The notes under the pieces are model-generated. The model worked only from the letters and a program-made list of their open reading frames with translations, was not told the DNA's origin and did not search any database. Made by a program: the position numbers and the translations under genes. From positions 94,674 to 158,673 of the forward strand of contig NMRA01000611.1 in NCBI GenBank assembly GCA_002633005.1: a stretch of 64,000 bases of DNA, written 5' to 3'. The stretch is from Phoronis australis. Lineage: Eukaryota > Animalia > Phoronida. Below are positions 1 through 11,887 of this stretch, piece after piece; the stretch's first letter is position 1; every line of letters begins with the position of its first letter.

Positions 1-246
1 AGCTAACTTTTTCATGTCATTCTTAGTAAAAAATACCATTTGTTGATTATCCCAGACTTATTTTTCAATTACGGCATCCCGTAACTTAATTAAAGTAATG
101 CCCTATTTCTGAAGTGATGATTAGGGGTTTAGCATTACCCGCCATTTTCTTTCTGTGTTCGAGTTTACTGTGAGCATCTGTTTTACTGTTGTTTTCATGA
201 TGGTTTCTTAAAATTGTCGTTACCTCTTCCTATCAATGAGTATTCT
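1..246. other. Duplicate of 1617-1862 ending at N247; probable contig-overlap artefact
   Basis: Apparently identical 246 bp at offset 1616, breaking exactly at the N. Confidence 0.85.
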
Positions 247-1103
247 NATTGTTTCAATGTAAAATAAAACATATGAATAAAATGTTTTCTATGTTTCACA
301 TAAAAAGTACTGTGTTGAGTTTCACTGAGACTATAGTTTAATTATTGGTAACAGATATACGAGACACAAAGTTACCAAGTAAAGAGCAGTCACTAAAAAT
401 AACAGCGTAGTTTAACTGCTGCAACTGTTCACATGACCAACTAGAAACTTTGAAAACTTGTTAAAGTGTTTCAAATACATCAAACATGGCATGAATGTAC
501 AAAATTTTAAAGCTTGCCACAAGCCAGTGTTGAACGAAACAACAAGGGTAGATAAATATAAGTACGACTACAAACAATAGTGCAAATGTGACTCTAAACA
601 GACAATCCTAGATAGTACTCAAGACTATACACAATTTCATGAACTGGCCAATAGGTGGCTTACCTTAACAATGAAGATTGCATTTTTGCCTTACATCACA
701 ATTTTTTAGTTGGGCCACAAACCATTACAAAATTGGTCTCAAACCGTTCCTTACTTGTCAAATCAGAGTTGATTTCAGGGTTGTAAAAGTTTATCATTGC
801 TTGAGACCAGGCACTGCAAGTTGGCTTGTCAACAGGTGTCATATTGTGTGCACCTAACATGGTCTCGAGGTGTAGCATATTGTCAGTTGTTTGCAATCCT
901 AGAAATAATCTGAGTAAAGAACAAGTCGAGACCCACTCTATAGCCGCTGCAGTAAATAAAGTGAATGGACAGTCCACTAATTCCTGGTTGTAGCCATAAC
1001 TGAGCATGTTGAAATAGACAAGGTTCATTTCAGTGTGTATGTTGAACCAGTAAGCAAATATTGTTTTGGTGAATGAACTGAGATACAATGAGAGGTATGA
1101 TAC

Positions 1104-1263
1104 CTGTCTTCAAAATCTGCAGAAGCCAGACCATAGGTTGATACCTCAGCAGTTGTCAAGGATACCGCACCACAAGATTTTACAGGGTAGACGAATATTT
1201 TCGATACGTATCCAACAAGCTGTCTTGAAGACAGCTTTGTACGCAAGGCAAGCCATGATAACC
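1104..1263 (-). CDS. MTARC1: mARC coding exon 2
   Basis: Acceptor ttatttcag|, donor GACAG|gtatc, YPVKSC motif. Confidence 0.88.
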
Positions 1264-4148
1264 CTGAAATAAGCAATATATTATAGATATTTTAAATACT
1301 CATTGAAACCTGAAATCATCTGCCATGAAAAAAAAGAAAGATTTTTACTACTAAAACCTCAACTAGCTTATTTACTCAGGTTTAGAAGTGACTCACAATG
1401 TCAAGCCAACTGATAGACCCTGGTGTCCAACTGGAATGAACTAAAAGTTCTTACCAATCTCACCTCTAATCCGAGGAACACCTTGAGGCCATTTACATAA
1501 CAGTCACTAATGGCCTAAATGAAAAGTGAGTTTTTGAAATGGAGGGTGAGTTAATTGCAACTTTGACAGTAGTTTTTGCAAGTAACACATTGGAAAAAGA
1601 ATAGGTTAAAAGAGAAAGCTAACTTTTTCATGTCATTCTTAGTAAAAAATACCATTTGTTGATTATCCCAGACTTATTTTTCAATTACGGCATCCCGTAA
1701 CTTAATTAAAGTAATGCCCTATTTCTGAAGTGATGATTAGGGGTTTAGCATTACCCGCCATTTTCTTTCTGTGTTCGAGTTTACTGTGAGCATCTGTTTT
1801 ACTGTTGTTTTCATGATGGTTTCTTAAAATTGTCGTTACCTCTTCCTATCAATGAGTATTCTACAACAAAGTTGTTAGAGAACTCAATTACATTGGATTT
1901 AGGGAATGTGTAGTTTGTGGTAGCCTGAAAATGGTGGTGTCAGCGACCCATATCAGCTTACATCCCGCCGTGTGACTCCCTTGCCACACTCCTGGCACCT
2001 TCTAAAAAGCTCTAATACTTTAGTCAAGTCCACAATAAACTTATCAAAGTTTGGTTCACAGGCCTGTTTATTTATTGGACGACGAAATGACCTCCTCACT
2101 GATTGACCAAACTGGGCCTGTATTCACTCCCATCACTCACTGTCTCCGCAGGGTTGCTTACAGGCTCTAGCCTAGAGACAACACTAGCACAAGGCAAATC
2201 ACTGCTAAGTTCCCAGACTTGCATGCTCTGAGGGTATGTTCCGAGGCAGACAGTTGATGAAGGGTCTCAAGTCACAGTAGAGGCCACAGCTTGCCGCAAG
2301 GCTTTTCATTTCAAAAATGGACTTCTCAGGACTCGCGAAGGGAATCAACAGTGATGGTATGGCACCCTTCTTCAGGCATTGTTTTGCAGGAACCTTCATC
2401 AAGCATACGTCTTTCTTTCGTAACCCGATGGCAGAAAATGCTTGCCACACACTCGGTAATTCTCCGCTGCTTTGTATGTTGCATGGACCGGTCACACTGC
2501 GTTCTTCACACGAACGAGCCAAGTATAGTGAAGTGTATCATCCGTCGGAAAGCTATGTAATGGCATACCCAAAGGGCACGTGACACGATAATGAATACAT
2601 CCCGGTATGCAAGAACCATGCAGCATTTTGTCTAACTTGTAAACAAACGCAAACGACGACCGAAATTATGACAATGGAGGTAAACAATGACTGACTCAAC
2701 AACTCACACAGTCAGACTATATGAAAACAAAATGGCAGGAAATTCTAAACCGCCAAAATATCACTTCCGGAATAGGGCATGACTAATTAATCAAATTACA
2801 GGAAGATGAAATTAACTGAAAAATACGTCTGCGATTATAAACGAACCATGTTTATGAAACTTAAGGTTGCCTTCTCCTTAAATAACTGGCAAACACAAAG
2901 CTAATTTATTTATGTACATATTAATCAAATAATTTCACTGGAAAATACAACAGTTACAGGTTTTACAACCCAAGAAAATATCTAAAATGAAAATTAAGTC
3001 AAAATCCCCCTGCACTAAGAGAACTCGCTAAGTCTGGATACATACACTCTATCACACACAATTTAACTGAACAAAACCTCTCATTTTCTAACCTAGGAAA
3101 AACTCTAAAGTTCTACATCTGCTTGCTTGTATCACATTATGCCATTGTGGTCATACTTCATTTTTCGTGTACTAGGTTCTTGTTACATCTCTATATCTGC
3201 GTTTCATATGGAACTGTCGATTACTAGCTCCTTTTGTGACTCATTTTGGGCTCGGAGAGGGTAACCAATTACCATAGTGGTTTAGAATTTTGGGGACAGC
3301 TGTAAATATAAGTGTCGTACACACAATTGACATGCGAAGCCACAGTGAAAGTAATTCTATGTGAACCCTGCTGTCCCAGTTCACCTATAAGCCTTGAAGG
3401 CCGGGACCTGGTCTGCATATTGGCTTAAAATTTTGTGGGTGGTTATAAATCATATGGGGCTGTGTCAACCCCCAAATGTGTAAGTAAACATTGTGTAACA
3501 AAAAGTTTATGGTCCAGGCTGAGAAAATAACTGTTTTATCACCCCCTGTGTGTTTTGAATAGCAAAGCCTGAATGTTCCCACGTTGACGACTCACTCCAT
3601 TAACTGGATAACCTGTCTGCAACCACAATGCAAAATTTTGTTTTAGAACACTACCAGAAATTGGACTATACACTCATAGGGATGATATTTTTTCTAATAA
3701 ATATTGCCGCACATCCAGGATTTGGGAGGTGTACAATATACTATAATAGCAAATTCTGTGCCCGGTTGCATAAAATAGTCCCAAATTGGGACTCATGTCG
3801 CCCACCGCATAAACCACTGGCACTCTCGTCAGCTACCCCACGTTCAAGTATGTTTGTAGGCGGCTGATAACGATGCTTGTGGTCTGAACTAAGGCAGCGC
3901 ATCATTCCTCGCCGTCAATATTTAACCCAGCCTGGTGACCTAGCCGGGTGACCCACGGCCTGGGCAGCGGGCAGTGCGAGTTGGCAGTTCTCCACTTTGC
4001 GTTCAACGCGTCAATCACTCTACACAGTCATAACACTGTCCAAGAAGTAAGAATTGTTTAGATGCGAAACAGCAACGTTGCAGTTCTCACCAAGTTTAGT
4101 GATTGCGAGTCCACCCAAGGCCAACAAAACTTGCTTTTCTTCTCTCAT
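1104..4148 (-). CDS. MTARC1: Mitochondrial amidoxime-reducing component (mARC, MOSC N-terminal beta-barrel), 5' part. Exon 1 is 4148-4091 and exon 2 is 1263-1104; the gene continues beyond the left edge.
   Basis: Exon 1 MREEKQVLLALGGLAITKL+G|gtgaga joins in phase to tttcag|GG TTA TCA, giving GLSWLALRTKLSSRQLVGYVSKIFVYPVKSCGAVSLTTAEVSTYGLASADFEDR|gt. This is a hydrophobic N-terminal anchor followed by the MOSC_N signature (V..I.VYPVKSC...G....DR). Paralogue assignment (MTARC1 vs MTARC2) is not meaningful in an invertebrate. Confidence 0.85.
2345..2626 (-). pseudogene. Disrupted THAP (C2CH zinc finger) domain, probably a DNA-transposon relic in mARC intron 1
   Basis: ATG at 2626 reads MLHGSCIPGCIHYRVTCPLGMPLHSFPTDDTLHYTWLVRVKNAV*PVHATYKAAENYRVCGKHFLPSGYE, then after a frameshift LKKGAIPSL. 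This matches the THAP pattern CxxxC..FP..W..RVCxxHF..LKxxAVP. Confidence 0.8.
4091..4148 (-). CDS. MTARC1: mARC coding exon 1 (membrane anchor)
   Basis: ATG at 4148, 58 nt, donor G|gtgaga; phase 1 matches exon 2. Confidence 0.75.
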
Positions 4149-4235
4149 CTTAATTAGGCTATGGGGTCACCAGGTCACCAAAAGATGCCGCTAAAACTGT
4201 AAATATTACTATTGTAGTACCACACGTGTTCAAGC
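4149..4235. promoter_or_regulatory. Very short bidirectional promoter region between the mARC and RRP15 start codons, with E-box CACGTG (4223-4228)
   Basis: Divergent ATGs at 4148(-) and 4236(+); perfect E-box just upstream of the RRP15 ATG. Confidence 0.65.
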
Positions 4236-4272
4236 ATGGCAGAAACAGGCTCAGTTATTGCTATTGCTGGTG
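4236..4272 (+). CDS. RRP15: RRP15 exon 1 ([12 protein letters not shown])
   Basis: agcATGG Kozak context; donor G|gtaatt; phase 1 fits exon 2 (G+AG=GAG). Confidence 0.7.
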
Positions 4273-7200
4273 GTAATTGTCGTTTTTTAATCCAGATGTC
4301 CTGATAAAAATTAATTCATATGCGCAATGCTGAGACACTAGTGAATTTAAATGGTATTGAGACCCCAGGAAATGTGTGAAATAGTCACATAAATGCATGT
4401 AATTAATGTAACTTTAGCTTCTTTAGCAGTTGATCGGTTGAGTCTTGTTTTCTTGATATCTCATGGACAGAGGCCATGGCACAAATACGAAGACATTCTT
4501 TAGGCAATTGGGGTTTCGCTAGCTGGCCCTACACTTGTCCAAGTACACTACAGACGAGAGTAGATACTGTGAAGTCCCCATTTTTACTGCGCCCACCAGG
4601 ACGGAGTGCGTGCAGTGTTAAAATTGGCGAGTTGGTGATTTGAGCAACTGAATGAGGGTCTGCTTGAAGAAAGAGTTTGATTAAGGGAGTATTTGCTCGA
4701 GTTGGAAAGAGTTAAAGACGTTGACGGCCTCCTAGCCGTATATACCGTAAACGTTCGGGTTAACGCCCATGCTCAGTTAACCGCCCACCCCCTACTTTAG
4801 GTGGATTTTCGATTTAACCGCCCACTGCTCGGTTAAGCGCCCCCCTGCGATTTTTGAAGATTTCCAGTTAAGCGCCCACCTCTCAGTTAAGCGCCCATCC
4901 CCGACTTTTAAAGAATGAAGATTTAGCGCCCAGTGCTAAGGAAACGCACGATTCCCCGACTTTTAGAAAAAGATCGATGATCACAATGAGCGCAACGACG
5001 CCGGGCCTCCGAGACGGTGGTTTAGCAATGTGAATTGCAATTATACAAGTAACGAGTTATTGTCTTGGGTCATGAACTCACTTCAAAATATAATACTTGA
5101 ACGTTTTTGTCACTTTATTTTCTTCCCATGTTTGCAAAGTTTAAGAACGCCGCCGGCGTCAAAACCTCCGCTTTCAGCGACTTTGTCTGCCGCGCTGAGT
5201 TTTCGTCTGCAGTGCACTTGATAAAACATATATTCGAAAAAATCAGGCCAGAGAAATGAGACAATGGTTAAAAGTATATAGTCACGCCCGTTTCTGTTAC
5301 TTAGGACTGTCGCTATTCTCTTTTGATGTGTGACTTTGTAGTGGTGCACGCGCGCAAGTTCCCACACTTTGGAGTGCATGTTACCTTGACACCAACATGT
5401 GATTGACAGGTGACTCGCACGTAGGCCCTACGCGCGTGCTGAATCCCGCCGCTATCTTTGGCCATAAAAAACGAGATGCATATTGAAAGAGGCCGTTATA
5501 TTACTTGACGGCATTTCCAAGTCACGATTGTCAGCCGACTGAGACATTGCGCGCTAACAACGGGACCGAACAGTGCCGCAGTGCGATATTGCAAGTGATA
5601 TAAATAGGATAATCTGGACATCTTGCATGAAAAATAAATGTTTTTCCACCACGAAGTTTGGTAAGGTGATCGTTTATGAATTGAAACATCGCTGTTTTGT
5701 AGCGTTTTATCACATATTTATGCCGTGGCTCGAAATTTTATTCTTGATTGACGAGTGGCACACGGCCGCTTAACCCCGATTCTTGTCTTGGGCCTACTTC
5801 TTTGCCGAGCATGTTTGGCGCAACGGCAAGTGAGCAATGCCGGGAAGTCGAGATAAAACAGCAAGCCACAGAACCATACGCTGAAAATGTCATTGAGTCA
5901 CGGAGTGTTGACTATAAACATCCCAAACACAAAAAACATCTGAATTAAGGTTTTCAAACTTTTATTACAACCAATTTTAAAACTGCTCTCTGACTATGAA
6001 CTTGGCAGCTAGTACGAGACTGTAACCATAAATCTGATGTCTGCTGTGACCTCTGCAACACGTGAAGCTTGCACGCGCGCACTTTAGCAAGATGAAATAG
6101 TTGCAATCCAAGTAGAGGCTGCGTGGTCACTTGTCGTCTGCGCTCTACACTACAGGGCTAAATAACAAGACCGCAGGACGGCACGGGGCTATTACTCAGC
6201 AATTCTGTAAATTTAATAGTGAATAACTAATCTGAGGGCATGATAACCTTTGTTAGGATCATCCGCTGTTATGACATTTTTCCTGTCATGTGGCGACGTG
6301 ACGATAACGCTCTTTGAAAAGTGCTACGCGTTCCGAGTAGGCCTACGACTACGTGTGTGGTGTGGGTACTTAGATCACGAGGTAAGATTAACCGCCCAGG
6401 GCGCTTGCCTGTCGTAATAAGCGCCCATGTTCGGTTAACCGCCCACCCTGGATTTTTTGAAGTTTCACGTTTAAGCGCCCATGTCTGGTTAACCGCCCAC
6501 CCCCGATTTTTTGGGTTTGCCAATTTGACCGCCCAGGGCGTTAACCCGAACGTTTACAGTAATAGTGTATTGTATTGGGGATGATCAGAAGCTGAGGACA
6601 CCTGTGGCCTAGGCTAGGGTGTCCTCTTGGACTATGGCTGCACAAAAGGTTCATATAACAATGTGACTTTGATGTTTTAATCAATGTGAGGCATGATTCC
6701 TTGAAAAGTTTCCTGTGTATGAATTCTTTGTCTTATCGGAGCCTCACCAGTAAAAGTGGAGTAAACAGTGCCGTTATTTATTGGAAACTGGTTCTCGGCA
6801 GCCATCTTGAAGAGGAACCAATTTACTCCACTTTTACTGACATGAGTTGTTTAACTTTTCCCGAATATTATAGTTGCTGGCTGTGAAGTATTTTACTAGT
6901 TAGATTTGAAGAAAAAATCGTTATTAACACTGATTGAGTGGAGTTGCTTTGCAGCATTCTCGGTATATTTCGTTTTCTCTTGCAGAGGAAGATGTTTGTG
7001 ATGCAGACAATGAAAGCAGCGACGCTGAAGAAGAAGAGGATGATGTCAAAGAGGAAAGTGGAATCGCTGACCATGCTTCCGGCTGGGCTAATGTTATGTC
7101 TAAGATCCTTGGGAAACATAACTTGACTGTACCGATATTAGCAAAAGGAAAAAAGGACAGTGAGAAAAAATCAAAAAAGTTGATCAAAGACAGTGTGGAG

Positions 7201-10200
7201 GTGGTTAAGGAGGAAAAGGGTAAAAGGACTCGTGTCGCAGTGGAGGGCTCTGATGAGTCTGAAGATGATGAAAAGAAAGGTCTTCATGACAAACAAAAAA
7301 GACTCAAGGTTAACCTTCCACCTGAGGCAGATTGTTTAAACACTGTCCTATAGGGACTTCTTTGTACTAGTGAAATGGTTTCCATATCGTAATGTTTGGG
7401 AGACATTTGGAAATGTAAAAGCACTAAAATCATTGCCATAAGCCAACTTGGTTGTATGCTGAGGCATTTGGGGGTTACTTACTGGTGATGTATTCAAATT
7501 CACATACATTATTTAAATATCAAAATTTGTTAAGTGTACAAGACATTACAATGCTCCTGTAAGCGCAAAAAAGGTTGATTTTGGTCTGTACCTTGACTCA
7601 TTTTAAGACTTTTTCTCACTGACTGCTTTTTTTGAAAAGCTGCACAAAATCATGTAAGCAAGGGTAAACAATGTTTGAAGCACCATCATCATTTTTCTTC
7701 GTCTCTCGTGAGCAACTAAAAAAAACACCGCATCTCCAAGTTGGTTTTCCAGAAAAAAAAACAGATCTAATATGCTGTTTAGCCAATTAGTTAGCCTTGT
7801 CTCGTTTTATTTTCTTGTAACTTTAGGCTAACTTGTCTTATTCTATTTCTACCTGAAGATGAGACTTGACCAGTCTTGAAATAAGGCTTTATTTTTATGC
7901 ACCACTGTAATGTCTCTTGGTCAACTACTTTATCCTTGCCCTTCTAAAGACCAGTCCATTAAGAAAAAGATAAACAACACGGTCATAAATTTAACAAATT
8001 CTTTGTGTAATTTTTGGATATAACGTGCCTGCATTTTGAGAAGCAGTTTTCTCCTCTGAATTACTGGCATCAAACTGGTTCTCAAAATACAGGCACATTA
8101 TATCCGACTATTGCCAATTCTTTGAGGGTCTGCTGAAAACTACTTGGATTTTAATGCAGTTTTGTAATTTTCGAGACGGTGTTATATTTACAGTTATAAT
8201 ATGAGTTGCACCGTTCTGGAAATGTATCAATTGTTCAAGTTACCAGAAATGCCGGTCTCGAATGCTCTGTCGTTTTTATCAAAGTTCAGGTCAGCAAATG
8301 GATCTTAATGATCCTTCGTTAATGGAATCTTTTTGAGGGTTTTAATAATTTCAATCTCTGGCAATCGTGCTATCTCTGAATAACAAACATGTTACTCTTT
8401 GACTAAATCTTGTTCTAAACATCCAGGAGCGTTCAGTTTTACCAGTACCAAGGAATGCTGTCACTCTTGTGCCGTAATGGCTCAAATTCTTACTATTGAA
8501 TGTATTACCAGCTGTTACGTACTTTTTCTCATTACTCATTTTGTTCATCTATTTTTCTCATTGTTGAGGGTAGTCTGTTTTGTCTTCAGAAACTGCTGTG
8601 GAATGAAATGGCAAGGATCAAACCAGATGTAGTTACAGACAGAGAAAAAGAAAGACGGCTTCAAAGGGTTGCCACAAAGTATGTACTGTACATGAAGTAT
8701 GTTTGTAGTGCAAAGGGCGAGAGTTTCTCTTGTAAGGGAATTAAAAAGTAAAGTACCAAGGTAATGTTGTCTAACTTTGAAGGTTTTAAGTGAGTGAGAA
8801 AACATCGAGTAAATATAAATTCTTCTGTAGCATGTTACCACGGCAATGTAGGGCGCCATGAAGAAGAGTGGCACTGTGCAGTGTTGATCTCTGGCTTCTC
8901 ATTGGTTAACACCACATTCACTCAGTTGATTGGTGGGAAGATGTCTTATCAGTTTTGACCACGGGGACTTGCGGTTGCAGTTGTTGGCAGCTGTGTGTCT
9001 CAAGAGACAATGGATATGCGCCCTCTGTCAGTCATTGGTTGAATTACAGTATCGCCTGTGGCTAAAAAGTATGATCCTGGAGCAGTGTGTTCTGTTGCAG
9101 TTGTCTTATGTGTATGCTTGGTCCTGATCAGTAGGAGCAGAGGCTGCCCTCTGATGCCTGTATTCTTTAAGTAGTGCCTGTTTTTCTGCTTTTTCCCCAA
9201 TGGTTTTGATGCACGACTTGACGGTCGACCTCTACCTGCTGGGATCGGATGCCAAAGCTTCCCAGTCTGCAATGTTGATGTTTCTCGTCTTCAGATCATG
9301 CTTACAAATATCTTTATAATAAAGCATGGGGTTTCCTGCAGGTCTGGTTCCAGTGGCAAGCTCTCCATAAATGTCTTTGGCATTCTTCCATCGTCTATGC
9401 GCCTCATGTGGCCAAGCCAATGGAGGCGCCTCTGGGTAATCATTGCGCTCACACAAGGCAGTCCCGCCTGGGTTAGAACTTTGTTGTTGGGGACATGATC
9501 CAGCCATGTGATGCTGAATATCCTTCTCAGTCAGCACATATGAAAAGATTTGAGTCTGTGCTCTTGACGGGTGTATAGCAACCATGATTCGCTGCTCTAT
9601 AGGAGAGTGCTGAGGACACAAGCCGGGTAGACCTTCATCTTGGTGTTGGTGGTCAGCATACGATTTTCCCAGACCTTTTCTGTTAGGCGAGCCATTGCTG
9701 AGTCTGCTTTGCCAATCGTGGTGTTGAGTTCAGGATACAGTGAAAGATTGCTAGTGATAGTAGAACTAAGAAAAATGAACTTGTCTACCACCTCGAGAGT
9801 ATAGTCAACAACGGTGATGTTAGGGACACTGGCTCGTCTTGATTCATGACATTGTTTTTCTTGAAGCTGATGGTAAGTCCAAACTTCTCGCAGGCATGAG
9901 CGAAGCAGTCAACAAGACGTTGGAGTGCTTCCTCGCTATGATCCGTAGTGGCACCATGATCAGCAAAGAGCATCTCTGTAATGAGTAGTCGTTGCTCGTT
10001 GGTCTCTGCATGAAGGTGGGCAAGGTTGAAGAGGTTCCCATCGCTTCGAGTATGGAGGTGGGCTCCATCATTTGACTGGGCCAAAAGGTATAGTAGGGAG
10101 AAGAATGCGTGGAAGAGTGCTGGAGCGAGAATGTACCCCTGGTTCACTTCACTCTTGATGGAAAATGGATCAGAAGATGAGCCATCATGCATGTCACCAT

Positions 10201-11488
10201 GGAAAAATGTGATTATCCCCTAAAGCTTGCGGGAGGGCATTAAATCTTTTGTAGTAGGGAAAATAGGCCTCTTTCCTACTGACAAGGTCGAAGGCTTTTG
10301 TAAGATCCATGAAAGCAATGAACTGAATCGACAGAGTGTTGTCTCTGCTCATGGCACCTTTCTTGTAATTGTCTCTAAGAAAATATCAAGTAGCAACAAG
10401 TCAGGTGGATTCAATCTATGCATTTCACACAAGTGCTTACTACATGTTAATTTGAGTGGATAAAGCATCAAATAAAACTACGTGGCACAGTCTGCATATT
10501 TTGCCTGTTCATTTCTGGACGATTTGTTTACTACCGACATTCAAGCAAAGTGTGAACGTATTTTGGCTCTCACACAACATTCTGTGTGTTGTGAAGTAAT
10601 GTGATCTGTCACTTCTGTGTGTCTCTGTGTTAGAGTGTACGCTTGGCTTTTATTTTGCTATTCGGTTTTGAACGGGTGCAAATATCCATGTTTCTGCTTT
10701 TATTTCAGGGGCGTGGTACAATTATTCAATGCAGTTAGAAAACAGCAAAATCTGGTCGAAGAGAAATTGAAACAGGTGGGGTCGTCAGAAAACAAACGTG
10801 AGAAAGTGATGAAGTCTCTCAGCAAAGGAGACTTCCTAGACATGCTGAAGGGGGGCAAGTCGAATTTGTCAGAGAAAACTAGCAGTTTGAAAAATGTAAG
10901 CCACCTTGGTTGGAATATACTCTATGCCTTAAGTCTTTTACTATTTACAGTTATACTAAGTGCGTCTTTGTAAGGTCAAACATGGTCAACGTACGGTAAA
11001 ATTCTACCAATTTTGGACAGAGTATCGCCGACTGCTGAAATTTTATTTTCTCATTCTGTCATGTAAAATATATTGCAACAAATTAATGCTTTACATGTTC
11101 AAGTTTTGCATAATATCTACCATCACACAAAACGTTTAACGTTTGAAGCAATGACTTCAGCCTTTGATTACAAACATCATCTAAAGTAATTTTCACAATG
11201 CCAATTGTCTTTGTGGAATATAATTGAAAATTTCTGTGCAATCACTTGTTCGATATCTACATTCTTCAAAAACAACTCCGCCTATTACAGTATCTATGCA
11301 TGATAGAATGTTCATTCTGTGGCCGCTGTTGTTTGTAGACAAGTGTGGACACTGAGGAGAGTGAAAAGCCAGCTTGGAATGTTTTAAGAGACGACTTCAT
11401 GATGGGAGCAAAAATGAAGGACTGGGACAAAGAAGACAGTGCCAGTGAACACGACGAGGGTGAAAATATGGACAGTGACTCGGGATGA
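4236..11488 (+). CDS. RRP15: RRP15-like ribosomal RNA processing protein, 261 aa. Exons: 4236-4272, 6986-7308, 8590-8678, 10709-10895, 11339-11488.
   Basis: The phase-consistent GT-AG model totals 786 nt. It has an acidic N-terminus and the Rrp15 motifs [56 protein letters not shown] and [26 protein letters not shown] lies at 11592-11597. Confidence 0.93.
4745..6559. mobile_element. Non-autonomous Tc1/mariner-pogo-type DNA transposon (~1.8 kb) in RRP15 intron 1
   Basis: TA|CCGTAAACGTTCGGGTTAACGCCC ... GGGCGTTAACCCGAACGTTTACAG|TA: TIRs with TA target duplication. Many subterminal TTAA(C/G)CGCCC repeats at both ends; no transposase ORF. Confidence 0.85.
6986..7308 (+). CDS. RRP15: RRP15 exon 2
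   Basis: ttgcag| acceptor, AAG|gt donor; acidic/basic region with [10 protein letters not shown]. Confidence 0.9.
8590..8678 (+). CDS. RRP15: RRP15 exon 3
   Basis: ttcag|[29 protein letters not shown]|gtatgt. Confidence 0.92.
8970..10385 (-). mobile_element. Degenerate, 5'-truncated RTE-clade (BovB-like) LINE in RRP15 intron 3
   Basis: Frameshifted RT pieces: [43 protein letters not shown]...[56 protein letters not shown]. The 3' end CCATTGTCTCTTGAGAC...GCCAACAAC is RTE-like. Confidence 0.88.
10709..10895 (+). CDS. RRP15: RRP15 exon 4
   Basis: tttcag|[13 protein letters not shown]...SLKN|gtaag. Confidence 0.92.
11339..11488 (+). CDS. RRP15: RRP15 exon 5 (stop TGA at 11486-11488)
   Basis: ttgtag|[32 protein letters not shown]...SG*. 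Confidence 0.92.
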   Translation, partial: TSVDTEESEKPAWNVLRDDFMMGAKMKDWDKEDSASEHDEGENMDSDSG

Positions 11489-11812
11489 CCCATATTTGTG
11501 TGCAAGAATGTTGAACTAATTTGCCTGTGTACTCACAGGTTAGCAGCTTGAAGAAAACAAGAGTTGTCTGTCTTACAATATTCCTTATGCAATTAAATTT
11601 CTCGTTTTTGCTTTAATTTATGGGTCTGTTCACAGAGAAAATTTCATGATATAATGCTGCTCTATGTGTCAGAATAGGTATTATAGCCTTCAAAATATCA
11701 GAGCACCACTTTTTTAATAGAACTATTTATACCACAATATTAGCCTTGAATGGCCAATACAACCGTGTAATAACCCATTTAGTTATATCACTAGTGAGAT
11801 AACATTTTGGCG

Positions 11813-11887
11813 GGAACCGAGGACGGTTTCGAACCCTGGCCGCAAGAGTTTCGAGTCATCCACTTTACCACTACACCACTCAGCGGC
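11813..11887 (-). other. tRNA-derived Pol III-type head in the left arm
   Basis: Minus strand GCTGAGTGGTGTAGTGGTAAAG...CTCGAAA...GGGTTCGAAACC...CTCGGT; acceptor-like pairing GCTGAG/CTCGGT. Confidence 0.65.

Noticed and set aside
696-1088. 130-aa minus-strand ORF as a further mARC exon
   Set aside because: There is no MOSC similarity, and part of it (DKPTCSAWSQ) is a dispersed repeat also found at ~34330.
2492-2494. In-frame TGA in the THAP frame as selenocysteine
   Set aside because: It is not at a Cys position, is accompanied by a frameshift and further stops, and has no evident SECIS; CGA-to-TGA decay is more likely.
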